Shown here: piece by piece, positions 48,001 to 60,000 of the stretch
How positions within the stretch are numbered: the first letter of the stretch is position 1
How the letters are laid out: every line of letters begins with the position of its first letter
Assembly (NCBI GenBank): GCA_023248155.1
Contig: JAHFFE010000004.1
Span: forward strand, 68,248 to 132,247
Direction: 5' to 3'
DNA length: 64,000 nt
From: Candidatus Omnitrophota bacterium
GTDB taxonomy: Bacteria > Omnitrophota > Gorgyraeia > 1-14-0-20-64-10
The notes under the pieces: model-generated
Told to the model about the DNA's origin: nothing
Database searches by the model: none
Seen by the model: the letters and a program-made list of their open reading frames with translations, nothing else
Position numbers and translations under genes: made by a program

Positions 48001-51000
48001 AACGCTCACCCGGTCGCTGGATGCAAAAAACCAAGCGATACGTTTTGCCGTCAACGCCCTGCTGAAAGGCGCGGATGGCTTAGGGACAACCACCGGCTTG
48101 CAGTTTTATGAAAACATGGAAGACCGCGGCGGCTACTATCAGGTTTACGAATTTCTCTTCACCGACCAAATGCCGCCGGCCGCGGCTATCGACGAAGTCG
48201 CAGCGGCCTATAAAAAACTGGCATTGTCCAAAGGATTGTCGTCCGCCGGTCTGGCTGGTTTCCTGAAAAACCTTACGAATGCGGGCAGTGTGCGGACGGA
48301 TAATCTGTCCGGCGGCGCGCAAAATGCGCGTCAGCAGGGCTATTCCAAGAGTTTGGCTGACAATATCGTGAACACGATTGTGTATTCAGCGGCTGTCATG
48401 GCGACCAATATTTGGGGTGGTGGGGGCCTGGGCGCCGCTTCGATGGATGGCGCGCTGATCGCGCCGGAGGGCGATCTCATCACGCCGCGTTTCGACTCCT
48501 CTGACCAGACCAACCGGGGCATCGTCAACCCAATGATCGAAGACGGTGAACACCGCTACACGCTGAAACTTCTGAAGGCCTATTCCACCAGCTTGACGGA
48601 ATTCGCCACGCAGTTTGATCCGCCGGTGGAAGCCGACGATTACCGCGCCAATCAGGAAGCCAAAGAAACGGGCCAGACCCCGGATCAGACGATTGACGAA
48701 CTCATCCGCAACGACGTCGGGCTGACGCATACGATTGAGAATTACGTAGCAACCCGCATCCAGTCCGGACAAATTGCTGCCGTCAGTGCGCGCGACTTCC
48801 TTGAAGAGTATCTTTGGGAACTTGCTCCGACGACCGGGACGCAGCCCAAGAATCTGCACGTTGGCCGCGAAAAAGCGCGCGAGATGTTCTTTGAATTGCC
48901 TGAGCTCCTGCGGAAGTTCTACAGCGAGTCGCACGGGGCCAAGGCCGACAGCGAAGCGCTCGGATATCTTGAAAGCCTGGTCAATTACCTTGTGCTGCAA
49001 AACGGAAATCCCGTGGGCAGTGACTTTAGCGGCTTGGAAATGAAAGACAAAATCAAGAAACTGGCCGAAGACCCCACGTACAGCATTGATTACGTTTACG
49101 ATTCCTGGCTCTTTAAGGCGGTTGAGAAAATCATTGCGGCGACGCTGAATTACCAAAACGAGAAACAGGAAGCCTTTAAGGATTTTTATAAGGAAGTGCT
49201 TTATACCAATCAATCGACGACCAGCCTTGGCGATGTCATGGGGCTTCTGACGCACAACATCGTCACGACCGCCGCGATTGGCGGCACGGATACCCGCGTC
49301 GATGTACGGCCGCTTTTGGATGAAGTTAAAATGGAATACCGTGCTTTTATCACGGAGCGCCAGGAAGAAGCGAAGCGCACGGCCACCGAACTTTCGCTGC
49401 AGAGCCAGCAGCGGCATGTCTCGCTGGCCGGCGGCGACCGCGGCGCGCTTGAGGGTGATCTGGATGTCCTGGCTTATGATAAACGCGAAAAAGAACTGAA
49501 AGACTTGCGCGAATTTTTGGGTTGGAAGCCGGTGGCTAGCGGCGGTTACGAATTGCCGCTTCCCACGGCCACGGCACCGGCTGACGACTGGGAAGATTAC
49601 TGGGACCGTAAAAAGTTCACGGAAGGCTGGACCGAAGCTCCCAGCGCATTTCAAGAAGCCGCTCCGGCTGGCGAACTTTACATCCTTCCCACCAAAGCCG
49701 ACAAGGCCCTGCCTGCGAGCCAATATGCCGCAGGCACGCTGGATAACTATGACTTCGGCCTTGAAAAACTTTTCCACAATACGCTTGATTCGATCCAGCT
49801 CTTGTCGGAACAGACCGTAGCCGGCCTCGAGCAGCTCAGCGCCGCCGAACCGCCCATTCCGATGAAGGACCTTGTGGGGATTGAGCCTGGCGCCGAAACG
49901 CCGCTCAATCAGCTTTTCGCCAAATACTTTACACCGGTTTGGGATAAGGGGCGTTTGGAATATAGCGGCAATATGACAGGCGATATGACGATCCGGCTTT
50001 CCAACATGGACAGCCTGACTAAAGACGTCCTGGCCTACGCCGAAAAAATCCTTAAAGACCCGAAGTCGGCGATTAACGATCTCGATTCTGGCCTGCTGGA
50101 TTTTGAAGACATCTTTTCAAAATTGCGCGAGTTGGATAACTCCCTGGCCCTTTTCCACGAAACCGAGTTCAAACGTGTCTATGACAATAGCGTGCTGGTC
50201 TCAAGCGCCAACCCATTCGATCCGGCAGGCCTTGGCGATATCTATGATTTTGCCCATGCGCGCACCGTGCCCGTGGCGCAGGTCGATCATATGCTTGATT
50301 TTGTCAGTCAGCAGATGAACCGCTATTTGGATGTGACGCGCGTCTTTTTGGCCGGTTATAACCAGCTGCGTCAGTCATTTGGCCTGAACCAGGCTGCGGA
50401 AGAGCTGCGCTTTGATCTTGAGACCATGGATCTTGACAAAGGTTTGGACGAAATCCGCAAAGTGGATCCGGGCCGCGCACGCGCGATTGAACAGTTGCGC
50501 AAAACGGCGGTGGAAATGCTCAGTTCCAATCAAGTTGTGTCCAAAGCCATGGCTTACGCCTCCGCCGCGCGGCATGTGATGCTGTCGGCGATGGCGCGCA
50601 ATGATTTTTACAAACTGGCAAAAGAAAAAGACCAGAAGCTCTCCGACCTGGACCCGGCCAGCTATATTACGCGCGATGCCCAGGGAAATCCGGTGTTAGG
50701 GACGCCGCCTTCAGGGCCTGTCTTTCTGCGGCCGGAGTTGAAATTCGATGAAGACGGCGAATACATCCGCGATTTCAAGGAATTTATCCGCACGGAAGTG
50801 GCGCCGCTTGAGGCGGTGGTCAAACAGCATGTCGTGGAAGAAGCCGCGGCAGGCACGCCCACAAATAACGCGGCGGCAGATACCCGGCTTGGTGATGTTA
50901 CCAGCGACTATGCGCAAAAGGCCATTCTGACGAATGTGACTGAATCCAAAAACGTTTTCGAGGAATACGAACACAAGATTTATCTCGAGACCTATGCCAC

Positions 51001-54000
51001 CAAGATCGGCACCGGCGGCATGCTGCTGGCGGATAAATTCACTGAATTGGAGCAAAAAGCCGCGGAATGGCTGAATGCGGCGGCCATGTTGCGCGCCGAG
51101 GAAGGCGCGGCCGGCGAAGAGCGATTCCAACAGGCCGTACGTGCCATTCATGATTACAAGAATGCTTACCGCGATTATCTGGTGCGTTTCCTGCGCGGCG
51201 ATACGTCAGAAATCTGGGGCAGTCCGTTTGCTCTGCCCTCGGGCGAGCCGGTCGAGATCCTTCAGCAAGGCAATTTCGGCATCCTGCACAATTTGAGCAT
51301 GTACTTATCGAAGGACAAGATCTATCAAATTGCCGTCAGCCCGGCTAAAAAGGATGCGAATGGCTATTTGTATTATCTCAAAAAAGATCCCATCACCGGA
51401 TTGGATTTACCCGATGTGATGACCACAACGACGAACAACCGTCAATACGTCCTTGATACAACCGTGCTGGCGTTAACGGATGATCCGGCGACGCTGGGGT
51501 GGGATGAGACGCGCGGCTTTGGCGTCAAGGATGATAAGTTCTTGCCCTTTACCAAAGAACAAATACTCAAGGGCGATGAGTCCGAGATGGTGATCGGCGA
51601 AGAAATGCGCCGCATGATGCAGGAGTATGACAAATGGTTTGACGAGGCCGTCGACGCCTACCGCGGCAGCATGTCGTATTACGAACTTAGTGTGGCGGAT
51701 TTATCCGGCACTGTCACGGCGACGCCGGGTCTTGATCCTTCGGTCATTGCCATGCAAAACACGTTTAGCGATATCCTCAAAATGCATCTTGGAACGAACC
51801 CGCCGACGGCGACATTTGCAGGTATCACGTCGATCAAAAAGGAGTTTAACGACATCCATGATGAAGCGTGGGGTGTTTACGAGCAATTCCTTTTCGGCAG
51901 CGCGGCTGAAACCGACGGAGACGGCGCTCTGGAAAAATACAGAACTGAAGTGCAGGACGTGTATGAGGCCGTCAAGGGGCTGGATAAGAAAATTTCAAGT
52001 ATCCGCCAGCTTGCCAAGGCTGAACCGGTGGCGCGCGAACTGGGCCGCAATATTTTTGAAACAGCCTTCAGTGTGATTCAGGATTTGGCTTCTGAAATGC
52101 AGCGTGAGATTTATAACTACAACCGTTCGGCGATTCTCAAGATTGGCGCGCAAGATAGCTTGAATGAGTTTTACGTTAAAAAAGTTCGCGCCATGACCGG
52201 CATGCTCAACCAACTCACTAATAATCAGTTTTCAAAATACTTTGGCCTGCCCCGGGATTGGAATAAGGCCATTTATGGCGGCTATTTTGGCCACGACTTT
52301 TTAGGGGCCCGGGATAACTGGCTGCGGGATGTGTTTGCCGTGCCGCTAGGGATTACGTACACAGGCACCCAGGCCGATCAGGACGAAATTTTTACCGAAA
52401 TCGGCATGCTTGTGCTTGATTCGCTGACCAATCATGTCTTTGAGCAGGGGACGACCGAGCAGGAAATGACGCTCTTTGCCATGATGTCGTCGGTTTTTGG
52501 CGAAAGCATGGGGCCGATCAAATATTTTGATACGGAACTCGAGTTTGACAAGAAGATGAATTATCTGCGCCAGGGCGGCGACCCGGCGTCCGGTAAGCGC
52601 CTGACACCGCTGGAAGTTTTAAGTGAATGGTTTGAAGAAGGCTTCCTGACCGACTCTGAGTTTCTGCAGTTTACGGATGCGAAGTCAGCTTCCAAGACCC
52701 AGCCCCTGGAAAAAATCATCGCCACGCTCAAAAGCCAGACCGTTTTCGGTGAACCGCGTTTCAATCATGTGATTGCGCCCAACGGTGCTGTGACGCCTGT
52801 CAATGGAACCTATGCGAAAAAGATGGAAGAAATCCGGCGCAAATATATTCTCGCCGGAAAAGTCCCGGCTAATGCGTGGCGTAACGCCGTGATGGGCGAT
52901 CTGCATTATGCGCTCGGGACGCCTTCGGCGCCGGCGCCCACGGAAATCCGCAAAGACGGTACGCTGATCAATAAATACCATTACACGGGTTTTAGCAGCG
53001 GAGAATATGGTTTGCTGGCCCTGGGCAGCCAGCTTTGTGAAGACGCTGTGAATCTGGCTTGCAACGATTCAGCTCCGATTACCGGAGATTTAAACAATAT
53101 ATTCCAGGGGTTGGGACTTATTTTTAGCACGTTTGATGAGGCGTCGGGAAAATGGAATGCGCCCGCTTTCTTTGCGATGAATGCGAATACCGATTTTCTA
53201 GACTTAGTCGGGGGTTCAACGGGACTCTCGAATGGGGTCAAACATGGTTTGTTCGATATTAACCATGCTCTTATGGATGGCGATTATCAATATTCTGCGA
53301 CCGCCGATGTATCGGACAATAAAGTTCTCTCAAAGTTCCTCTATGGCGGTGGCGGCGGAGGCCTTGCAAAAACCAATAACGCGAAAGAAGACGCCCTGGC
53401 ACAATTAATCACGAAAGCCCGCGCCAACATTCTGACGGATTACACGGCCGGCGGCGGCAATGTCGATCTTTTGCGCGAAGACGCGACGCACATTTCCAAC
53501 ACGATCCACGATCTCTATGAAAAAACGCTCAACCGCATTCAAGACTTCTACGACTATGGCCCTACACCGGGCCAGCCGGGTGCCGGCAAACTGCTCGACG
53601 AGTTCTACCTGAGCGGCCGCCAGAACTTCGCCGACTTCTCTTACAACATGATTCTGCACTTCAGCGATTTTGATCCGGCCAAATTCACGACCTCGAATTA
53701 CGACTACCTGGCCGTGGAAGCTGACCATGCCCTGGCGGAAACCGGCCTGCTCTCCAAAAACAAAGACGGCGGCGCGGCCTCCAACGCCCTCGCCTATGCC
53801 AGCCGCGCGCATTTTGAAGAAACCCTGCTTTCCGAGATTAACGCGCTCGATGAGCGGATCAGGGAATTCCTGGTCATTGGCCAGGATAGTTCGATTATCA
53901 AGGGTGGCCTGCACTCCTTTGAAGTCGCGGCCGGCATCAACGAAGCGCGCAAAGCCCGCCTGCGCGAACTCGAACGCCAAGGCATTATCAACCGCGGCGA

Positions 54001-57000
54001 AATTGCAACGGTCCAGGGTCTTACGGCTCTCACCGATCAGGAAGCCGAATTGCGCAGTTTGCTCTACAACGCGCATGTGGCCATTGAAGTCACCGATGCC
54101 AGCGGCAAATTGCATTACAAAGAATATGACAACGGGCTGAATACGCTGGAGCAGATTTATACGGATAACGACAAGAAAAAACTTGAGAAAGAAACGATTC
54201 GTACTTTGCGGGAAAACGGTATGGTTGCTGAGGCCACTCGCAACTTTATCCGCGAAAAACAGCGCAATCTCAAAGGTGAATACGTGGATACCGAAACCAT
54301 CGAAACCACGCTCACCGACATCAACACGATCGGCGAGGCCGTCAACGTTGAGCGTATCGTGACTGTGATTAAAGACGTGGGCGGGAGTCTCTTGGCCCGG
54401 ACCAATGAAGCCGTTTTGGTCAAAATGAAGGCTCGGGGCGCCGTCAAGACGGTGTCCAAGACCGGCAGTAAAATCAAAACAACGCTCAAAATTGATGGTG
54501 TCAAAACGACACTAGGATTCATCTATGATGAAGTCACGGAGACATACACGGATCTGGAGGGTAAGCCGCTCACCGGCAAGGGCCTCGGTGACAAATGGTT
54601 AATTGATGGGCTCCTGGACGGCACCCTCAGCATAACCATCCTCGACGAGGCGGATGGTTTGGAAGGTGAAATTTCCGGTCCCTTGACAAAATCGGTGCTT
54701 GTGGCGGCTAGAGACCAGGGCCTCGAAATCAGCCGGGACATCATTGAGCCGACGCTGTATGACCGCCTCCAGCATCCCGGCATGTCCGATCGAGACCTCA
54801 TAGCCATCCTGAACCCGATACCCGAGAATTTAGAGGTGGTCATGCAGAATGGCCATGTTGTCGACGCGAGTTATGACACCACCGTAGACAAATATGGCTG
54901 GAACCTCGGCAGTATTTTCCGGGGTGTCGTTGACTTTATTGTGGACAACCACGGAACCCGGACGGAGAAGTTAAAAGTTCACTTGGATTTTGCCGCGTTG
55001 GATAAGGCCCAATACGAAAAGAGAGAGCCCAGCATGATTCGCGACCTGCTCGGCGACGATCTCGGCACTGTCCTCTGGAATTCCATCGGCGGCCGGCAGT
55101 TTGTCGCGGCGTTCAGCGATATCAAGACGGCTTTGGTCAATATGGCCACCTCCATTGTCTACGAAACAAGTCAAGTCGGCCAGTGGTTCAGCAGTACGAT
55201 GGGAACGGCGGGCACGATCCTGGCCTGGACGCTTGGACTTGGGCTTCTTGCGCTGGCGGCTTTTTTCCTTGTGCCTCTAGCCGGAGCCTTTATCGCAGCC
55301 GGCGGCATTCTCTGGGGTATTTTCGCGGCGGGTGCAGTGCTCTTTGCCGGAACGGCGTTCGTTGCCGCCGTGGCGGGTTTATGGATGGGCGCCAGTCTAG
55401 GCGAAAGCAATTGGCGCAGCGTCGAAGAATACCGCAGTCACCTGCGCCAGAATGAAAAGAGTCAGTACCTCATCAATTTCGCCATGACGCTGATGCTCTC
55501 AGCAGGTATCGGCAGCAGTTCCTTTGCTGTTGATTTGTGGACAGGCGCGAAATTCTGGGCTCTTTCAGAATTTGGCAAAGCGTTTCTCATTGAGGCGGCC
55601 ATATCCGTGTTTGCCGGAGCAGCCGCGCAGCTCTTTTTCTTCATGTGGAATACGCCGGCCGCTCAGCGAACTTTGGGTGATCTGTTGTGGGAAGCGGCCA
55701 AGGGCGGCATGAATGGCTTCCTTTTCTTCATTGTGATGAGTGCCCTCTTTGGCCCCACCGCCATAACGCCCTGGCAAAACCTTCAGCAAATGGGTGAGCG
55801 TGTGACCTGGACGATTGTGAAGGCTGCCTGGAGTAAGGCGGAAGGTAATCTATTTGCCAGAACACTCGATTTCCTCATTATCCAGGGGGGTGCCGGACTG
55901 CTTATCCGTTTTGCCGCGCAATGGATTCCTTCTGCTCTTGGTGGCTGGGCATTTCGCGGGGTATTCAAAGTGGCCCAGTCGCAACTGTCGCGGGCGGCTG
56001 GAGCTTTTATTCTAAAGGCAGCTTCCATTGCCTTCATACGCTTGCCCACGATCCTGGTCAATTATCTGATTTCAGCGGTTGGTCAAGGCATCGGTTGGGC
56101 TGCGTTTGGCGTGGTTTTGACGGCGATCGGAGACGCCTGGAAAGCTGGCAGTGTCTGGACATTTTTTACATCACTCGGATCGGGTTTTCTCGCCGTCGGA
56201 TCGGCGCTTTATCAATTCCTGGGGACGCTGTTGTGGTCTCCGTTCGCATTATTTGAGGGCGGCTTCAGTGGCTTGGGAGCTCTCTTTCAGGGTTTCGTGG
56301 ATGCGCATGGCGCTATTGGGCAATCCATGCTGAATGGCTTTCTAATCGGCAATTTGTTCACTATTTTTGGGCCGTCGGTGACCGGCGGATTCGGTCGGTT
56401 TCTGGCGGGTCTGCATAACCCGTTCCAGGGCCTTGCGCGTTTAGGCGGCCAGCGCGTGGAAGCCTGGTTCATGGCGCTTATCTCAAAGATCGGACTGGGC
56501 GGATTGATGCGGCTTGGAACCGCCTTTGGGAAGTCTGCGGTCGGGAAATTGCTGTCGAACGCGGTTAGTAAAACGATTGGGAAAATTATTCCTGATGCTG
56601 TGAAGTCGGCAGCCAAACGGGTTGGTGAAATTTTAGGCAAACTGTTCTCAACTCAGGGTGTTTTCGGGCTCCTTCAACTCCCGTTCATTTCGCACTTCAG
56701 CGGGCTTTTGCTGAATCCGATCACCTTTTTGGGCAGTGCATTTTTTGTCGAGCATATTGTACCGTTTCTCGGCCAAACCATTGGGGAGCCGCTTGTACTG
56801 CAAGTGGCTTTACTTTTTGGTGTAACGGGCCTGCTGCAACGAGACGCGAAGGGCAATATTCTTCCGCAACTGAATGCCTTTGCCAAAGAACACGTGACGC
56901 AAAATCTATTCTTCTTCCTCCTGCCGCGCGATGTGCATGGCCGCGAAGCTTTCCAGAAACGCGCCCGTCTGGACTACCTGCATCAGCATGGCTCCTTGCC

Positions 57001-60000
57001 CAAGGGCAAGATCACTCAGAATAGGGCAATCGGACTAGCGCTGCGCGAGGGTAAAAACCCCGCTGAGTACTGGGCTGAAGTCAAGGGCCGCAATGCCGCC
57101 GAAGTGCTCATCGAAAGTTTCGTCCAAACGCAGATCTCCAGCGGCAACTACAATAAGTTCGAAGCGTTGACGTCGATAGCCGATCCCGGGACCTCCGAGT
57201 GGGATGTACTCATGGCCCTGGAGAAATTTAGCTTTTCGGATAATTTAGACTTTTATACTAAAAGTGAAGGCGCCGTCACTGTCGATGCTCGCACGGCCGC
57301 CCGCATTCATCTTGCAGCGAAGGTTGGAGGAAACTCTGAAAAATTTGCCGCTGCCATGACGGAGAGAATTCAAGCCGAAAATGAAGCTAAGAATCTTTAC
57401 GCGAGTGGCCGCCTGCCCGTATTGAGAGAAAAAGTAGCGGATAGGGACAGAACGATGAGTGTCAAATCCGCTGATCTTGTGGCGCGTGATTTTGGCGCGG
57501 ATTTTTTTGCGGTGGAACGGACCGACACTCTCAAATCCGGCTGGGTTTCTGGGCTCAAACCTGAAGCCATCAAAGAAGGGGCGAAATTTGAGGACATCTT
57601 CCAGGAGGGAGTAAGAGGCACAGCGCTTGAAGGCTCTAGGGTCAGAGTTTCCGATTGGAAAACGATTTCAGAGACAAAAGCGACCGATGCGATGGCCGCG
57701 GTCAACAAAGCTCTGGACGGTAAGTTTGAGGCTGAAGCGACTGAGTTTATTTTGGCGGTGTTCCAGAGTCATCTTAATTCGTCGATGGCGGCCGGGTTTA
57801 AGGCGGAACTTGCGAAGTATGGCGATAACGATGCTGCCCATGATGCAGTCTATAAACAGCTGGATGCTGATTTTGCCAAAAATAAAGCCAATGTCCGGGC
57901 GCGAGAAATGGTACTTCATGCTGAAAATGTTGCGGCAGAGCGCTACCAAAAATATCTGGATACGCTCGATTCCGCTGCCCGCAAAGCCGAATTGATAAAA
58001 ATCCCCGAGGAAGTCGATGCGGCAGGCGACACACCGGCCGGGATCGCCCAGCGGGCCCGCTGGCTTGTGGGAAGCCGCGAGCTCACCAAAATAAGTGCGC
58101 ATGAAGCCGCGGAGGCCGTAAAAGCCGCCTATGAAAAGGCCACTCCCTTCGAGACGATTGTGGGCGATAAGTTTGAAAATACTCGCGAGGTGTCACATCA
58201 GACCGAGAGTACGCTCAAAGTCAAAACGCTGCCCAAAGAACTGACGGAAAACTCAGCGGGTCACATCGCGGATGCTTTCAAGAATAATCCAGGGGTGCGC
58301 GAAGTAATCCTTGTAACCTTCAGCGAAACCAAACCCAGCAAAATGCTGCCTAAAAATGCTACCGCCGTTCAACATACCCAGCATGCAAAATATGTTGAGA
58401 AAATTGCGATTGTTGCGCTCAAGGATTCCATGCGCCCGGGTGGCACCAAATTCTCCAAAACGGAAGCTCTGGCACTTGAGAAGTTATTGAACTCAGGCTG
58501 CGGAAGCAGCTGTGCTCAAAGGGGTGCGTTCGGCAAAGATCTAAAGAAAGCTTTAACCGAAGCCGGTTTTATTCTGGGTAAGGCCTTGGCTGCGGACAAT
58601 CATAACCTGCTTAGGATCGGCGGCATGGTCGTTCTGCCGGATGACTTGAACGACCTGGATGCGCTTTCAGGCCGGCTGATCGCCGAGGCGCGGAATGACT
58701 TTTCCACGTTCGGAACCGGTGTTCGCGGTATGGAAACCCTGCGCACGGCGGTCAGAGTCTACGACTCGCTTGCGCCGACGGGCCAAAGTAACAGGGCAAA
58801 AGTTTTCTCATTTGCGCAAGCCTACTACCGCGCGGGCGCTCTCTCGGCCGGCACTGAGCAAAATAAACAGCGGCGAACGGCCCTAGACGCTCTGACAAAG
58901 CTTCTGGTGAATGTCCAGGAAAGCAAAGGCAGGACGGTCTCGGCGGCTGAGGCTAGGTCACTGCGTGTCGATGCCTTGGTGATCTTAAGAGCATTTTCCG
59001 GCGAGACGCGTGCGGCGCAGCGCTTAGCGCTTCAAGAGATCGGTGCCTTGGGCAAGGACGGTCTGGTCAAGGGCGGTAATATTTTTAATTGGGCGGAGAG
59101 TAAGATTTCTGAAGCGGATTTTAATAAATTGAGTACAGGTGCAAAAGCGAAGGCGATCGCGGACGGCAAAGTACAGCTCCAGAAAAAAACGGGAATCCAA
59201 TTTGAAAGCTTGACCAGTCTGATCAAAAGCGAATCCGGGGTCCTTCAGCTCGGAACTGCCGGCGGTAAAACCAGCGTGCTGACACCCGGTCTTACCAAGA
59301 TTATGAATCGCCTTGGCGTGCACACCGTCCAGTTTTTCCCCTCCGAGTTCCTTAAGCAGGCCGGTTTTGCGGCTGCCAGCTCGCAAGCGAGCAATACGAA
59401 AAAAATTGATCTGTTGGAGGGCGACATTTCACGATTAAACGGGCGGCTTACTAAAACAGAAGGGGCCGCGCGTCTCAAGCTCCAGGGGGAAATCGAAAAT
59501 CTGGAAGGTCTCAAGTCACTGCTGGAAGCAGGGATGAGTATTGTGGTTTTTGACTCGAAGAAATTTTATAAAGCGGGCGAAACGGCCTATCGGGAGCAAG
59601 TGCTCAAAGCGGATGTTTTGGTCGCTGATTTCAATGATACGAAAAGCGGTCTGTTGGAAGTCCGGTCGACCCGCGATTCGGCGCGCATGAACAACGTCGA
59701 AGCCGTCGGCCGTTATGATGCCGGCTTGCGGCTGCAAGATCGCATTGCGCGTTCGCAGCTTTTAATCGACGAAGTTGACCAATTGGTGGACGTTCCCTCA
59801 ACAACAACGGCGGCCTTTGGCGTTGAAGGCGGCGTGACCAAACGGGCGATTGACGTCGACAAAACCAGCGTGCGTGACGTAGACACGGTCGTCAAGGTCT
59901 TGGTCGACAAAGGCTATGCCAAATTTGAAAATAATAAACTCAAACTGACTAAGACGGGTGAGAGTAGTATTTTTGGAGCAGACGGCCGGGATATTAACGG

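Noticed and set aside
59252-59275. Walker A-like GTAGGKTS as a chance P-loop match
   Set aside because: Retained rather than rejected. It is not a perfect GxxxxGK[ST], since it has one fewer spacer residue. However, it is followed in order by the DEVD Walker B and by motifs III, V and VI at SecA-like spacing. Five collinear motifs are unlikely by chance.
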